Of a DNA stretch of 43,944 nucleotides, positions 9,172-18,344 are shown piece after piece. The stretch is taken from assembly GCA_041746255.1 (NCBI GenBank), contig JBGTHM010000060.1:1-43944 (forward strand), read 5' to 3'. The position numbers were made by a program, and so were the translations under genes. Position 1 is the first letter of the stretch. Every line of letters starts with the position of its first letter. Below the pieces are notes generated by a model. That model ran no database searches. It was not told the origin of the DNA and saw only the letters and a list, made by a program, of their open reading frames with translations. The DNA is from Fibrobacteria bacterium (GTDB lineage: Bacteria > Fibrobacterota > Fibrobacteria > UBA11236).

Positions 9172-10652
9172 TGAATCTGCGCGAACTGCTTCGGCTTGCG
9201 GGAAGCGAGCATTCCTCCGCGGGGGAAACTACGTTTGCCGCTTTGCGCACGGATTCCCGCAAAGTGGGAGCCGGCGATGTCTTTCTGGCCTATCCCGGCA
9301 CCGCAACCGACGGAAGAAAATATATAGACAGCGCACTCGCCCAGGGAGCCGTCGCCGTATTGTCCGAACCGGGGGGAGAGACGAAACCGGGCAGGCCGGT
9401 ATACGAGATTCCCGGCTTAAAAGACAAGGCGGCTCGGCTTTTCGACGCATGGCATGGATTCCCCACGCGCGATCTGCTTTGTATCGCTGTTACCGGGACG
9501 AATGGAAAAACCACCACCGCGCTTCTCGTTGCATCGATTTTAAAAGCCGATGGTCGAAAGCCCATGTATTTCGGGACCATTCATTACGATATCGGTGGAG
9601 AAATCCTTCCGGCCGCCCTCACTACGCCGGGCCCGGAAGAATTTTTTTCCCTTCTGCGCATGGGGCGGGATCGGGGCTGCGATGCCCTGGTCATGGAAGT
9701 TTCCTCGCATTCCCTGCACCAAAATCGTATTGCGGGCTTGGCCTTTACAAAGGCCGTCTTCACCAATCTGACCCAAGATCACCTCGATTACCATCCCGAC
9801 ATGGAAGCCTATTTCCAATCCAAACGGCTATTGTTCGCGAATTATCTCCGCGCCGACGGCCAGGCGGTGATCAATGTCGACTCACCCTATGGCGCTCGAT
9901 TGGCGCAGGAAGCCGCCTGGCCATCCGTGACCTTTTCGCAATCCTCCGATAAATCCGCCGAGGTACGGCTAATCGATAGCCAACTGTCGCTGGAAGGCAC
10001 CCATTTCCGCATTGCGACCGCCGCTGGTGAATTCGATTTTCGCTCCGCCCTGGTCGGTCGCATCAATCTGGAAAATTTGACGGGAGCGGTTACGCTTGGC
10101 TACTCCCTGGGACTGTCGGCGGATACCATCGCCGACGGAATAAGAGACGTCACGGTTCCGGGGCGTAATGAAATTGTGGATTTGGGCAACGGAGCTTTCG
10201 CCGTTATCGACTATGCCCATACTCCCGACGCCTTGAAAAGAGTTTTACAAAGCCTGAAAGCGCTGACCCCGGGTCGGCTGGTCTGTATGTTCGGATGCGG
10301 GGGCGATCGCGATCGCGGCAAACGCTCCCAAATGGGCCGCATCGCGGAGGAAATCGCCGACGTTGCGGTAATCACAAGCGATAATCCGCGTACTGAAGCT
10401 GCAGGCGCCATCATCCAGGACATTTTGGGCGGATTGGAGCGACCCGATGCCGCTATTTTCGAAGAGGATCGCAAGGCGGCAATTCACTTGAGTTTGAACT
10501 TACTGGTTTCCGGCGATTGTCTGCTTATAGCCGGAAAAGGACATGAGGATTACCAAATCATCGGAGCCACTCGCTACCGCTTCAGCGACCGCGAACAGGT
10601 CATGAAATGGGTTGAGAAGCGCATGGCCAAGGGTACGGCTCATGGAAATTAA
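9171..10652 (+). CDS. murE: UDP-MurNAc-dipeptide:meso-DAP ligase
   Basis: VTGTNGKTT, MEVSSH, NLTQDHLDYH, DYAHTPD, DNPR (meso-DAP type) and AGKGHE motifs. Start moved to the ATG at 9171, which overlaps the ftsI stop (TGATG). Confidence 0.95.
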   Translation: MNLRELLRLAGSEHSSAGETTFAALRTDSRKVGAGDVFLAYPGTATDGRKYIDSALAQGAVAVLSEPGGETKPGRPVYEIPGLKDKAARLFDAWHGFPTRDLLCIAVTGTNGKTTTALLVASILKADGRKPMYFGTIHYDIGGEILPAALTTPGPEEFFSLLRMGRDRGCDALVMEVSSHSLHQNRIAGLAFTKAVFTNLTQDHLDYHPDMEAYFQSKRLLFANYLRADGQAVINVDSPYGARLAQEAAWPSVTFSQSSDKSAEVRLIDSQLSLEGTHFRIATAAGEFDFRSALVGRINLENLTGAVTLGYSLGLSADTIADGIRDVTVPGRNEIVDLGNGAFAVIDYAHTPDALKRVLQSLKALTPGRLVCMFGCGGDRDRGKRSQMGRIAEEIADVAVITSDNPRTEAAGAIIQDILGGLERPDAAIFEEDRKAAIHLSLNLLVSGDCLLIAGKGHEDYQIIGATRYRFSDREQVMKWVEKRMAKGTAHGN

Positions 10653-12045
10653 TCTGACCGCAATGGCAGCCTTATTGGGCACGCAATTGGTGGGAAAGCC
10701 TGAGGGCCGTAAAAAGCATATCGATATCTGTACCGACAGCCGGAAACTTCGTCCCGGCCAAATTTTTTGGGCGCTTAAGGGCGAGAACTTTGATGGACAT
10801 CAATTTGTGGAACAAGCGTTCCAACAAGGAGGATACGCGGCCGTGATCGAACAAACCTTCGTTGAAGCCAAACCATTCACCATTCCGGTCTACGTGCCGG
10901 TTGAGGACACCAACGCTGCCCTGCTGGCGCTGGGAAAAGGATACGCGGCCAAATTCCGTATTCCTAAAGTCGCAATAACGGGATCCAATGGTAAGACCAC
11001 GACCAAGGATATGGTTTCGCGCATTCTTGCGAAGCGGGGAAAAACCTTGACCACTCAAGGCAACCTGAATAACCAAATCGGCGTGCCGCTTACACTGTTC
11101 GAACTCAAAGCCAGCCATGACTACGCTGTAATTGAAATGGGCACCAATCATCCGGGGGAAATCAAGGTGCTCTCGGAGGCGGTGCAGCCTTCTATCGCGG
11201 TACTCACCAATATCGGCTATAGTCATTTGGAGCATTTCCAAACCAAGGAAAAGATTTTCGAGGAAAAGCTCTCCATCGTCTCCGGCTTGCGGGATAAGGG
11301 AGTGCTCATCATCAACGTCGACGATCCGCTTTTGGCGAAGGTAAAGCCTACCGGCCGCTATCGGCTGCTGACCTACGGCATAGACCGCGGGCAGATACGT
11401 CCTTCGGATTTGACTTTCGACGAAACGGGTTGTGCGTCTTTTCGCATCGGCCGCACGGCTTTCCGGCTTTCCATTCCCGGACGCCACACCGTTTACAATG
11501 CCCTGGCGGCCATTGCCGTCGGCAGCCATTTGCGTGTTCCCAAGTCGGCGATGGCTCAAGCGCTGGCGGAAACCGCTCCCACCGGAAACCGCATGCGCAT
11601 GCGACGCCTGTCCGACATGTTGTTGATCGATGATTGCTATAACGCCAATCCATCCTCCATGAAGGCGGCCTTGGCCACCTTGGGAGCGAACCATACGGCC
11701 CGCCGTCGGGTGGCCGTTCTGGGCGACATGCTTGAATTGGGAAGCGAAGGTCCAAGTCTCCACCGTGAGATTGGGCATTACCTGGCCGAGATGGGCGTGG
11801 ATGAATTGTTCACCTTCGGAAGCCTAAGCCGCCACATCAACCAGGGCGCGCGCGAAAAGGGCATGCGCCGCGATCGCAGCCATCATTTTCTGGATTTCGA
11901 TTTGATGGCCCAAGAACTGGCGAAGCGTTTGGAACCTGGAGACGCCGTGCTGGTCAAGGCGTCGCGGGGGATGCGATTGGAACGCGTTTATGAATTCCTC
12001 AAGGGCCGCAGCCAAGTCATGCCCCTGCGCCCGGAAAAGAAATAG
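10642..12045 (+). CDS. murF: UDP-MurNAc-tripeptide:D-Ala-D-Ala ligase
   Basis: ITGSNGKTTTK, GNLNNQIGVP, EMGTNHPGEI, DCYNANPSSM, GDMLELG and KASRG motifs; start moved to the in-frame ATG at 10642. Confidence 0.95.
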   Translation: MEINLTAMAALLGTQLVGKPEGRKKHIDICTDSRKLRPGQIFWALKGENFDGHQFVEQAFQQGGYAAVIEQTFVEAKPFTIPVYVPVEDTNAALLALGKGYAAKFRIPKVAITGSNGKTTTKDMVSRILAKRGKTLTTQGNLNNQIGVPLTLFELKASHDYAVIEMGTNHPGEIKVLSEAVQPSIAVLTNIGYSHLEHFQTKEKIFEEKLSIVSGLRDKGVLIINVDDPLLAKVKPTGRYRLLTYGIDRGQIRPSDLTFDETGCASFRIGRTAFRLSIPGRHTVYNALAAIAVGSHLRVPKSAMAQALAETAPTGNRMRMRRLSDMLLIDDCYNANPSSMKAALATLGANHTARRRVAVLGDMLELGSEGPSLHREIGHYLAEMGVDELFTFGSLSRHINQGAREKGMRRDRSHHFLDFDLMAQELAKRLEPGDAVLVKASRGMRLERVYEFLKGRSQVMPLRPEKK

Positions 12046-12058
12046 GACGGGATCCGAA

Positions 12059-13312
12059 GTGAATTATCTCAAGATGGACATGGTCTTGCTCACATGCGTA
12101 CTCGCATTGGTGGGGTTTGGAATCGTCATCATCTATAGCTCCTCCGCGGCCTATGCGGTTTTGCACGGCCTGCCCGACTCATTCTACCTGGTAAACCACA
12201 TCAAGAAAGTGGTCATCGGCTTCGTAGCCTTGCTGATTGGCCTTACCGTCAATTATAAGGTTTGGGAAAAGTTGGCCCGACCACTGATTTTCCTGGTCCT
12301 GGCTTTGCTCGTCTTTCTCATCTCCTCCTCGCTCGTCGGGAGCGTGAACGGCGCCCGTCGGTGGATTTCCATCGCCAGTTTCGGCTTGCAACCTTCGGAA
12401 CTTGCGAAGGTCGCCCTCATTTTCTTCCTCGCGCGGTATCTGTCCGAAAAAGAAAACCTGCTTACCGATTTCCGCCGTGGCTTTCTGCCCTCCCTGGTCA
12501 TGTCGTCCATCACCTTTTTCCTCATTCTCAAACAGCCGAATTACAGTACCGCGGCCACAGTGCTCATCATTTCCGTCGCCATGACCTATGCGGGCGGCTG
12601 CCGACTGCGGCACTTACTCTCGTTGGCCCTATTGGGATTGCCGGCATTGGGAGCGTTGATGATCAGTAGTCCCTATCGCTTGAAGCGCGTCTTGGCTTTT
12701 CTGAATCCCGAAGAGAATCCGGCCAGTTCCTATCAATCGCTCCAGGCGCTTATCAGCTTGGGTAATGGAGGAATGCTGGGTACAGGGTTGGGTACCAGCA
12801 CTCAGAAACTGGGATATTTGCCTATGCCCTTTACGGATACGATTTTCTCCATTTTGGGCGAGGAGCTCGGTTTCGCCGGTACTCTAGCCTGTCTCACCCT
12901 TTTCGCAGTGCTGGTTTGGCGCGGCATCCGTATCGCCTATGCAGCGCCGGACCGATTCGGCAGTCTGGCCGCATTCGGTATTACCATGTCCGTAGCGGCC
13001 AATGTTTTCATGCATGTCGGAGTATGCGCGCGATTTTTCCCCACCACGGGACAACCGCTGCCTTTTCTTTCCTATGGCGGAACCGCTTTGTGCGCAGCTT
13101 TGTTCTGCATGGGCATCTTATTGAATATATCCGGACATGCCGGAGAATGGGCTCCGGTCAAGGCCGGTAAAGCGATACGAAATACCTCGGCTCCCGCCAT
13201 GCGTTCACCGCGCCGCCCGGTTTTCACCAGCATGGGTACGGGATGGAATGTCGACGTAAAACCCCGACCGGTCGCCCATCGGGCCCGAGGAAAAGGCAGA
13301 GGAGTATTTTGA
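12059..13312 (+). CDS. ftsW: SEDS peptidoglycan polymerase FtsW
   Basis: Multi-TM protein with NGARRWI, QPSELAK, TDTIFSILGEELG and PTTGQPLPFLSYGG. Start is GTG 12059 or ATG 12074. Confidence 0.93.
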   Translation: MNYLKMDMVLLTCVLALVGFGIVIIYSSSAAYAVLHGLPDSFYLVNHIKKVVIGFVALLIGLTVNYKVWEKLARPLIFLVLALLVFLISSSLVGSVNGARRWISIASFGLQPSELAKVALIFFLARYLSEKENLLTDFRRGFLPSLVMSSITFFLILKQPNYSTAATVLIISVAMTYAGGCRLRHLLSLALLGLPALGALMISSPYRLKRVLAFLNPEENPASSYQSLQALISLGNGGMLGTGLGTSTQKLGYLPMPFTDTIFSILGEELGFAGTLACLTLFAVLVWRGIRIAYAAPDRFGSLAAFGITMSVAANVFMHVGVCARFFPTTGQPLPFLSYGGTALCAALFCMGILLNISGHAGEWAPVKAGKAIRNTSAPAMRSPRRPVFTSMGTGWNVDVKPRPVAHRARGKGRGVF

Positions 13313-14679
13313 ATCTTCCCGCCCGATATAAATCCTTCCACTTCGTCGGAATCGGCGGAGCCGGCATGAGCGTATTGGCAGAAACCCTGCTGTCACGGGG
13401 AATGCGCGTAACCGGATCGGATAGGCACGGCTCTCCGTCCTTGGAAAAGTTACGGGCTGCGGGGGCGGAAATCTTTTTGAACCATGCCGCCGAAAACCTG
13501 GGGGAGGCTGACCTGCTTGTCTATTCGGCGGCTGTAGCCGCGGATAATCCTGAAGTCCGGGAAGCCCAGTCCCGTGGAATACCCTCTATCAAAAGGGCGG
13601 TTCTCCTCGGAGAATTGACGCGGGGAAAGCGCACGCTGGCGGTGGCGGGAACCCACGGGAAAACGACAACCACCTTGATGATGGCGGAAATATACCGGAA
13701 GGCAGGGCGAAGGTTCCTGGCGCTGGCCGGAGGCATCCTCCAAGACGGAGCCGTTGAGCCGCCCGACGCGGATGCGCCGACGGTAATCGTAGAGGCGGAT
13801 GAATACGACCGTTCCTTTTTGCAGCTGCATCCTTCCACCGTGCTTCTCAATAATATTGATTCTGATCATCTGGAATATTTCGGGAGCCTGGAACATTTGC
13901 ACGACGCCTTTTTCGCCTTTTTGGAAAGACTTCCCTTTTACGAAGTTGTCTACATCAATCGCGATGACATGGGCGCAGAATCCATGGCGCGCAGGACGGG
14001 GAGGCGGTCCATAGGGTTTTCCACGCGTTCTGAAACGGACTACCAGGCCACCGCAATCGAATTGCTCCCGCAGGGAACGCGCTTCACCCTGCTGGGAAAA
14101 GGCCGTAGGTTGGGAGAAATACAGCTCGGGTTGCCCGGCATGCATAATGTGTCGAATGCCCTGGGGGCTGCGGCCGTTGCCTTGGAAGAAGGCGTAGCCT
14201 TCGATGCCGTTGCGGCCGGATTGATAGGCTTTTCGGGGGTGCAAAGACGCTTCGATTTCCTGGGAGAGAAAAGGGGCGTGCATTTCTACGATGATTATGC
14301 CCACCATCCAACCGAGGTGGCGGCGGTTTTGCAAGCGGCCCGTCAGTTAGAACCCAAACGGGTGATAGCGGTTTTCCAACCGCACCTATACAGCCGAACG
14401 CAGGCCCTGGCCCTGGAATTCGCGGCCGTGCTTGAGGCTTGCGATATCGCATTGGTTTCTTCGGTGTATGCATCTCGCGAAACCTACCGTGAAGGCGTGG
14501 ATGGCCATTTGATTGCGGACGCGCTTAAGGCGCGGGGGCGCGTGGCCGAGTTTCCCGGAGACTTGGAGGCTTGCGCGGCGGTTTTGGCGAAGCATGTCCG
14601 CGAAGGCGATTTGGTATTGTTCATGGGCGCAGGCGATATCGGAGAATTCGCGCGGGAATGGGTGGCAAAATGGGCATGA
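13309..14679 (+). CDS. murC: UDP-MurNAc:L-Ala ligase
   Basis: GIGGAGMS, AGTHGKTTT, VEADEYD, DDYAHHPTE, FQPHLYSRT and MGAGDI motifs; TTG start overlapping the ftsW stop, with AGAGGAG upstream. Confidence 0.95.
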   Translation: MNLPARYKSFHFVGIGGAGMSVLAETLLSRGMRVTGSDRHGSPSLEKLRAAGAEIFLNHAAENLGEADLLVYSAAVAADNPEVREAQSRGIPSIKRAVLLGELTRGKRTLAVAGTHGKTTTTLMMAEIYRKAGRRFLALAGGILQDGAVEPPDADAPTVIVEADEYDRSFLQLHPSTVLLNNIDSDHLEYFGSLEHLHDAFFAFLERLPFYEVVYINRDDMGAESMARRTGRRSIGFSTRSETDYQATAIELLPQGTRFTLLGKGRRLGEIQLGLPGMHNVSNALGAAAVALEEGVAFDAVAAGLIGFSGVQRRFDFLGEKRGVHFYDDYAHHPTEVAAVLQAARQLEPKRVIAVFQPHLYSRTQALALEFAAVLEACDIALVSSVYASRETYREGVDGHLIADALKARGRVAEFPGDLEACAAVLAKHVREGDLVLFMGAGDIGEFAREWVAKWA

Positions 14680-15527
14680 GCCGACGCAATCCGGTGGGAC
14701 GGGTAAAGCCGCTAGCCCGCAAGACAAAGCCTACCGCAAAAGGCGTCGTAGCCGCGAAACCACGACGCGGTGTCAACTATCGTAAAAAAGTGAATAGCCG
14801 TAAAGCCAAGGGCCTGGGACTGATCCGGAGGTTGGCGAATGCCGGGAAGGCGATTTTTCTGGGCGCGGTGGCGGTATGCGTATTGGGACTGGCCCTTTGG
14901 GGGGCATACCGAACCTATGCGGAAAGCTCGGCGCTGATTTTGAAACGGGTGGTCATCTCCGGCCATCAGATCGTGGATAAGGATATCCTGCTGAACCTTG
15001 CCGCCGTCGAGTTGGGGGTCAAGCTGGCGGAGATTCCCCTGGATGAAATTCGCCGAAATCTTGAGGGCCATCCCTGGATTCGCGAAGCTGACGTTAGCCG
15101 CGGATGGGGCGGAACCCTCAAGTTACAAGTACACGAAGAAGTACCTGTTGCAGTTGTTTATCTCAAGGGATGGCAAGGAGTTACAGCCCAGGGAATGTTG
15201 TTGCCGGGGTTGCCCCTCGAACGTTTCGACTTGCCGGTTGTCGAAGGGAAGGATGCGACTGCGCTTGTTCAGGCAGCTGATTTTCTGGTCGGCGTGAAGA
15301 AATCGCAGCCGGGTCTTTATGGATTATTTTCACAAGTGCGAATAGGAAAAAAGAGCGAAGTTGAAATCATACTCAGGGACGGCGGCGCGCGCGTGTACTT
15401 GTCTTCTTTGGCGACTTCTCCGAACACCTTGGATTTTCTGGCCCGGATGATGGAAAAACACGCTAGGGATCTGGAAGGCGGTCGGACCTTGGACATGCGC
15501 GTGGAGGGTTATGCGTACATACGGTGA
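14676..15527 (+). CDS. ftsQ: Cell division protein FtsQ/DivIB
   Basis: Basic cytoplasmic tail, one TM helix, POTRA-like segment (VVISGH..HPWIREADVSR..LQVHEEVP) and C-terminal LDMR; ATGA overlap with murC. Confidence 0.85.
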   Translation: MSRRNPVGRVKPLARKTKPTAKGVVAAKPRRGVNYRKKVNSRKAKGLGLIRRLANAGKAIFLGAVAVCVLGLALWGAYRTYAESSALILKRVVISGHQIVDKDILLNLAAVELGVKLAEIPLDEIRRNLEGHPWIREADVSRGWGGTLKLQVHEEVPVAVVYLKGWQGVTAQGMLLPGLPLERFDLPVVEGKDATALVQAADFLVGVKKSQPGLYGLFSQVRIGKKSEVEIILRDGGARVYLSSLATSPNTLDFLARMMEKHARDLEGGRTLDMRVEGYAYIR

Positions 15528-15616
15528 CGAAACCAGGTTCGATGCTTCAGGCTTAAAAACTGCGGCGACCATAGCAATAGGCGACAATTAATAATACCAT
15601 TGGTAAAGGAGATCCC

Positions 15617-16852
15617 ATGTCGAATCCCATTGTTGGACTGGATATAGGCACTACGAAAATAGGCGTGATCATCGGGGAGATGGACGCCAATAATATGCTG
15701 AAAATCGTGGGCGTTGGAACGAGTCCCAGCGAAGGGTTGCGCAAGGGCGTGGTAGTCAATATCGAGAAGACGGTACGTTCCATCCATCGGGCCGTGGAGG
15801 AAGCCGAACTCATGGCCGGTGTGGACGTCGGTGCGGTTTATGTCGGCATCGCCGGTGATCATATCCGTTCCATCAACAGCCGAGGCGTTATCGCGGTTTC
15901 GCGCACGGATAATGAAATCACCCGCCAAGACGTGGCGCGTGTCATCGAAGCGGCGCGCGCGGTGGCCATTCCCATGGACCGCGAAATGCTGCATGTCATT
16001 CCCCAGGAATTCATCGTGGACGACCAACCGGGTATAAAGGACCCGGTAGGCATGTCGGGTGTGCGCCTGGAAGGCGACGTGCATATCGTCACGGGCGCCG
16101 TGACTTCCGCGCAGAATATCTTCAAAAGCGTGGAGAAGGCCGGCCTCAAAGTGGCGGACATCGTGCTCGAACCGCTGGCATCCTCCTATTCCGTGCTGGA
16201 AGACGACGAAAGAGAGCTTGGCGTAGCCGTCATCGACATGGGCGGCGGAACGACCGACATCATCATTTTCATTGAAGACAGCGTCCGCCACACCGCAAGC
16301 ATCGGGTTGGGCGGAAAGAACGTGACCAACGATTTGGCCATCGGCATCCGCACTCCACTGGAGCGGGCCGAGGAAATCAAACGCAAGCACGGTTCGTGCA
16401 TCCGCTCCGGATTGGAGAATTCGGAATACATCACCGTGCCGGGAGTCGGCGGTCGGGAACAGCGCGAAGTCAGCCGCGCCGTGCTGGCTTCGATAATCGA
16501 ACCGCGCATGCGCGAAATCTTTACTTTGGTGCTGCGCGAACTGCAGAAAAACCACTATCTCGATACCCTGGGCGCCGGCGTGGTCTTAACCGGAGGCGGA
16601 GCGCTGCTCCCCGGAGCCACGGAATTGGCCGAACAGGTATTCGGAGTACCGGTCAAGCTCGGAATCCCCAAAGGTTTTGGTGGTTTGGTGGACTCGGTGG
16701 CGACGCCCATACATGCCACCGGAGTGGGACTCGTAAAATACGGCTGCCTGCGTTCCTCGCAAAACCGCGACGAGCAGGCCTTTACGCAGGGCGGAGACAA
16801 ATTCCGGGAAATCCTGCGGAAGATGGGCGACTGGGTCAAGCAATATGTGTGA
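15617..16852 (+). CDS. ftsA: Cell division protein FtsA
   Basis: GLDIGTTKI, GLRKGVVVNI, IDMGGGTTD, VLTGGGA and a C-terminal amphipathic helix; AAGGAG SD. Confidence 0.97.
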   Translation: MSNPIVGLDIGTTKIGVIIGEMDANNMLKIVGVGTSPSEGLRKGVVVNIEKTVRSIHRAVEEAELMAGVDVGAVYVGIAGDHIRSINSRGVIAVSRTDNEITRQDVARVIEAARAVAIPMDREMLHVIPQEFIVDDQPGIKDPVGMSGVRLEGDVHIVTGAVTSAQNIFKSVEKAGLKVADIVLEPLASSYSVLEDDERELGVAVIDMGGGTTDIIIFIEDSVRHTASIGLGGKNVTNDLAIGIRTPLERAEEIKRKHGSCIRSGLENSEYITVPGVGGREQREVSRAVLASIIEPRMREIFTLVLRELQKNHYLDTLGAGVVLTGGGALLPGATELAEQVFGVPVKLGIPKGFGGLVDSVATPIHATGVGLVKYGCLRSSQNRDEQAFTQGGDKFREILRKMGDWVKQYV

Positions 16853-16878
16853 AAAATTTTTAACGGAGGAGAGTATTT

Positions 16879-18270
16879 ATGGTATTTGCATTGGATGACA
16901 ATAACCCGACTTTGGCGAAGCTGAAAGTAATCGGAGTGGGCGGAGCGGGCGGAAACGCCTTAAATCGCATGATACACTCGGGTTTGACCGGCGTGGAATT
17001 CATCGCGGTCAATACCGACGCTTTGGCGTTGGAACACAACGCCGCGGATATAAAACTGCAAATCGGCACTAAGCTCACATCGGGTTTGGGCGCCGGCGCC
17101 AATCCGCAGGTCGGCATGATGTCGTTGCAGGAAGATAGGGAGCGCATCAAGGCCCAAATCGAAGGCGCCGACATGATTTTCATAGCAGCGGGAATGGGGG
17201 GTGGTACGGGAACCGGCGCGGCTCCGGTGGTTGCCGAAATCGCCCGCGAAATGGGTATTCTGGCCGTAGCGGTGGTCACGCGTCCCTTTATTTGGGAAGG
17301 CCCCGTGCGCGAGAAGAACGCTTTGGCCGGACTCGACGCCTTGCGAAAATCGGCGGACACGGTTATCGTGGTACCTAACCAGAAGCTGCTTTCGGTGGTG
17401 AACAAGAATACGCCGCTTCGGCAGGCCTTCAAACTGGCCGATGAAGTTCTCACCTCGGCCACGCGCGGAATTTCCGAAATCATACTCAAGCATGGCGATA
17501 TCCAGGTCGATTTCGCCGACGTCCGCGCCGTCATGTCGCAAGGCGGCGATGCTTTGATGGGAACCGGCACCGCCAACGGCGAAAACCGCGCTACCATAGC
17601 GGCGGACAGGGCCATTCATTCCCCTCTGCTCGACAATGTCAGCATTGCCGGCGCCACCGGCGTACTCGTCAACATAACGGGTGGCGAAGATCTGGGTATC
17701 ATGGAAATCAGTGACGCCATGAATTACATCTATGAGGCCGTCGGAAATGAGAGCAATGCCAATATCATTTTCGGCACGGTTATCAATCCCGATATGAAAG
17801 ACGATATTTCCATTACCGTGATTGCGACGGGTTTCGGACCCAGCGCGCATCAGAAGCAGTCCCAAGGTGCGCGACTCGGGCTTTCCGCCTCCTCAGCTCC
17901 CCTTCGACGTCCGGGCCAAGCTTATTTGGGCGAAGGGAAGCCCGCCTCGGTAGAGCCCTTGCGGGAAATGCCTCGGGTGGAAAAACCCGCCGCCCCTTCT
18001 CATTCCGCTTATGAGGAACCCTTCGGTAGCGGTTCCCGCTTCTCTTTCGCTGCAGCTCCCCAAAACGATGCTCCGTCCCGGCTCAATCTTCCCGGCACCG
18101 AGGCCGCGAATGAGAACGAAGAAATCCGACCCCAAGCGGACCAGGAAGACCTCGGGACCCGGAAAAATACCATTCCATTTTTCGGAAGTTCGCAAAAAGG
18201 GCGCTATAAAGATCACGATTCCGACGTGGATTACGAAACACCCGCCTTTTTACGCCATCAGGCGGACTGA
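16879..18270 (+). CDS. ftsZ: Cell division GTPase FtsZ
   Basis: GVGGAGGN, GMGGGTGTG, VDFAD, a long linker and C-terminal peptide DYETPAFLR; GGAGG SD. Confidence 0.98.
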   Translation: MVFALDDNNPTLAKLKVIGVGGAGGNALNRMIHSGLTGVEFIAVNTDALALEHNAADIKLQIGTKLTSGLGAGANPQVGMMSLQEDRERIKAQIEGADMIFIAAGMGGGTGTGAAPVVAEIAREMGILAVAVVTRPFIWEGPVREKNALAGLDALRKSADTVIVVPNQKLLSVVNKNTPLRQAFKLADEVLTSATRGISEIILKHGDIQVDFADVRAVMSQGGDALMGTGTANGENRATIAADRAIHSPLLDNVSIAGATGVLVNITGGEDLGIMEISDAMNYIYEAVGNESNANIIFGTVINPDMKDDISITVIATGFGPSAHQKQSQGARLGLSASSAPLRRPGQAYLGEGKPASVEPLREMPRVEKPAAPSHSAYEEPFGSGSRFSFAAAPQNDAPSRLNLPGTEAANENEEIRPQADQEDLGTRKNTIPFFGSSQKGRYKDHDSDVDYETPAFLRHQAD

Positions 18271-18281
18271 GACCGAGTCGG

Positions 18282-18326
18282 CTTTGGCAGCGGATGGAGG
18301 GAAACTCTCTCCCTTCGCTTCCAAAG
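18282..18326 (+). terminator. Long imperfect hairpin after ftsZ
   Basis: Stacked stems CTTTGG/CCAAAG, AGCGGA/TTCGCT and GGAGGGA/TCTCTCC; no U-tract. Confidence 0.5.
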
Positions 18327-18344
18327 AATTAGATTGTTCCGGTC

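Noticed and set aside
9056..9952. 298-aa alternative-frame ORF over ftsI and murE
   Set aside because: Arg/Ser/Gly-rich off-frame composition, fully overlapping genes with clear motifs.
10672..17865. Long antisense ORFs over murF, murC, ftsA and ftsZ (368, 294, 348, 301 and 251 aa)
   Set aside because: They lie opposite conserved essential genes and have no recognisable motifs; such shadows are expected from codon bias in GC-rich genes.
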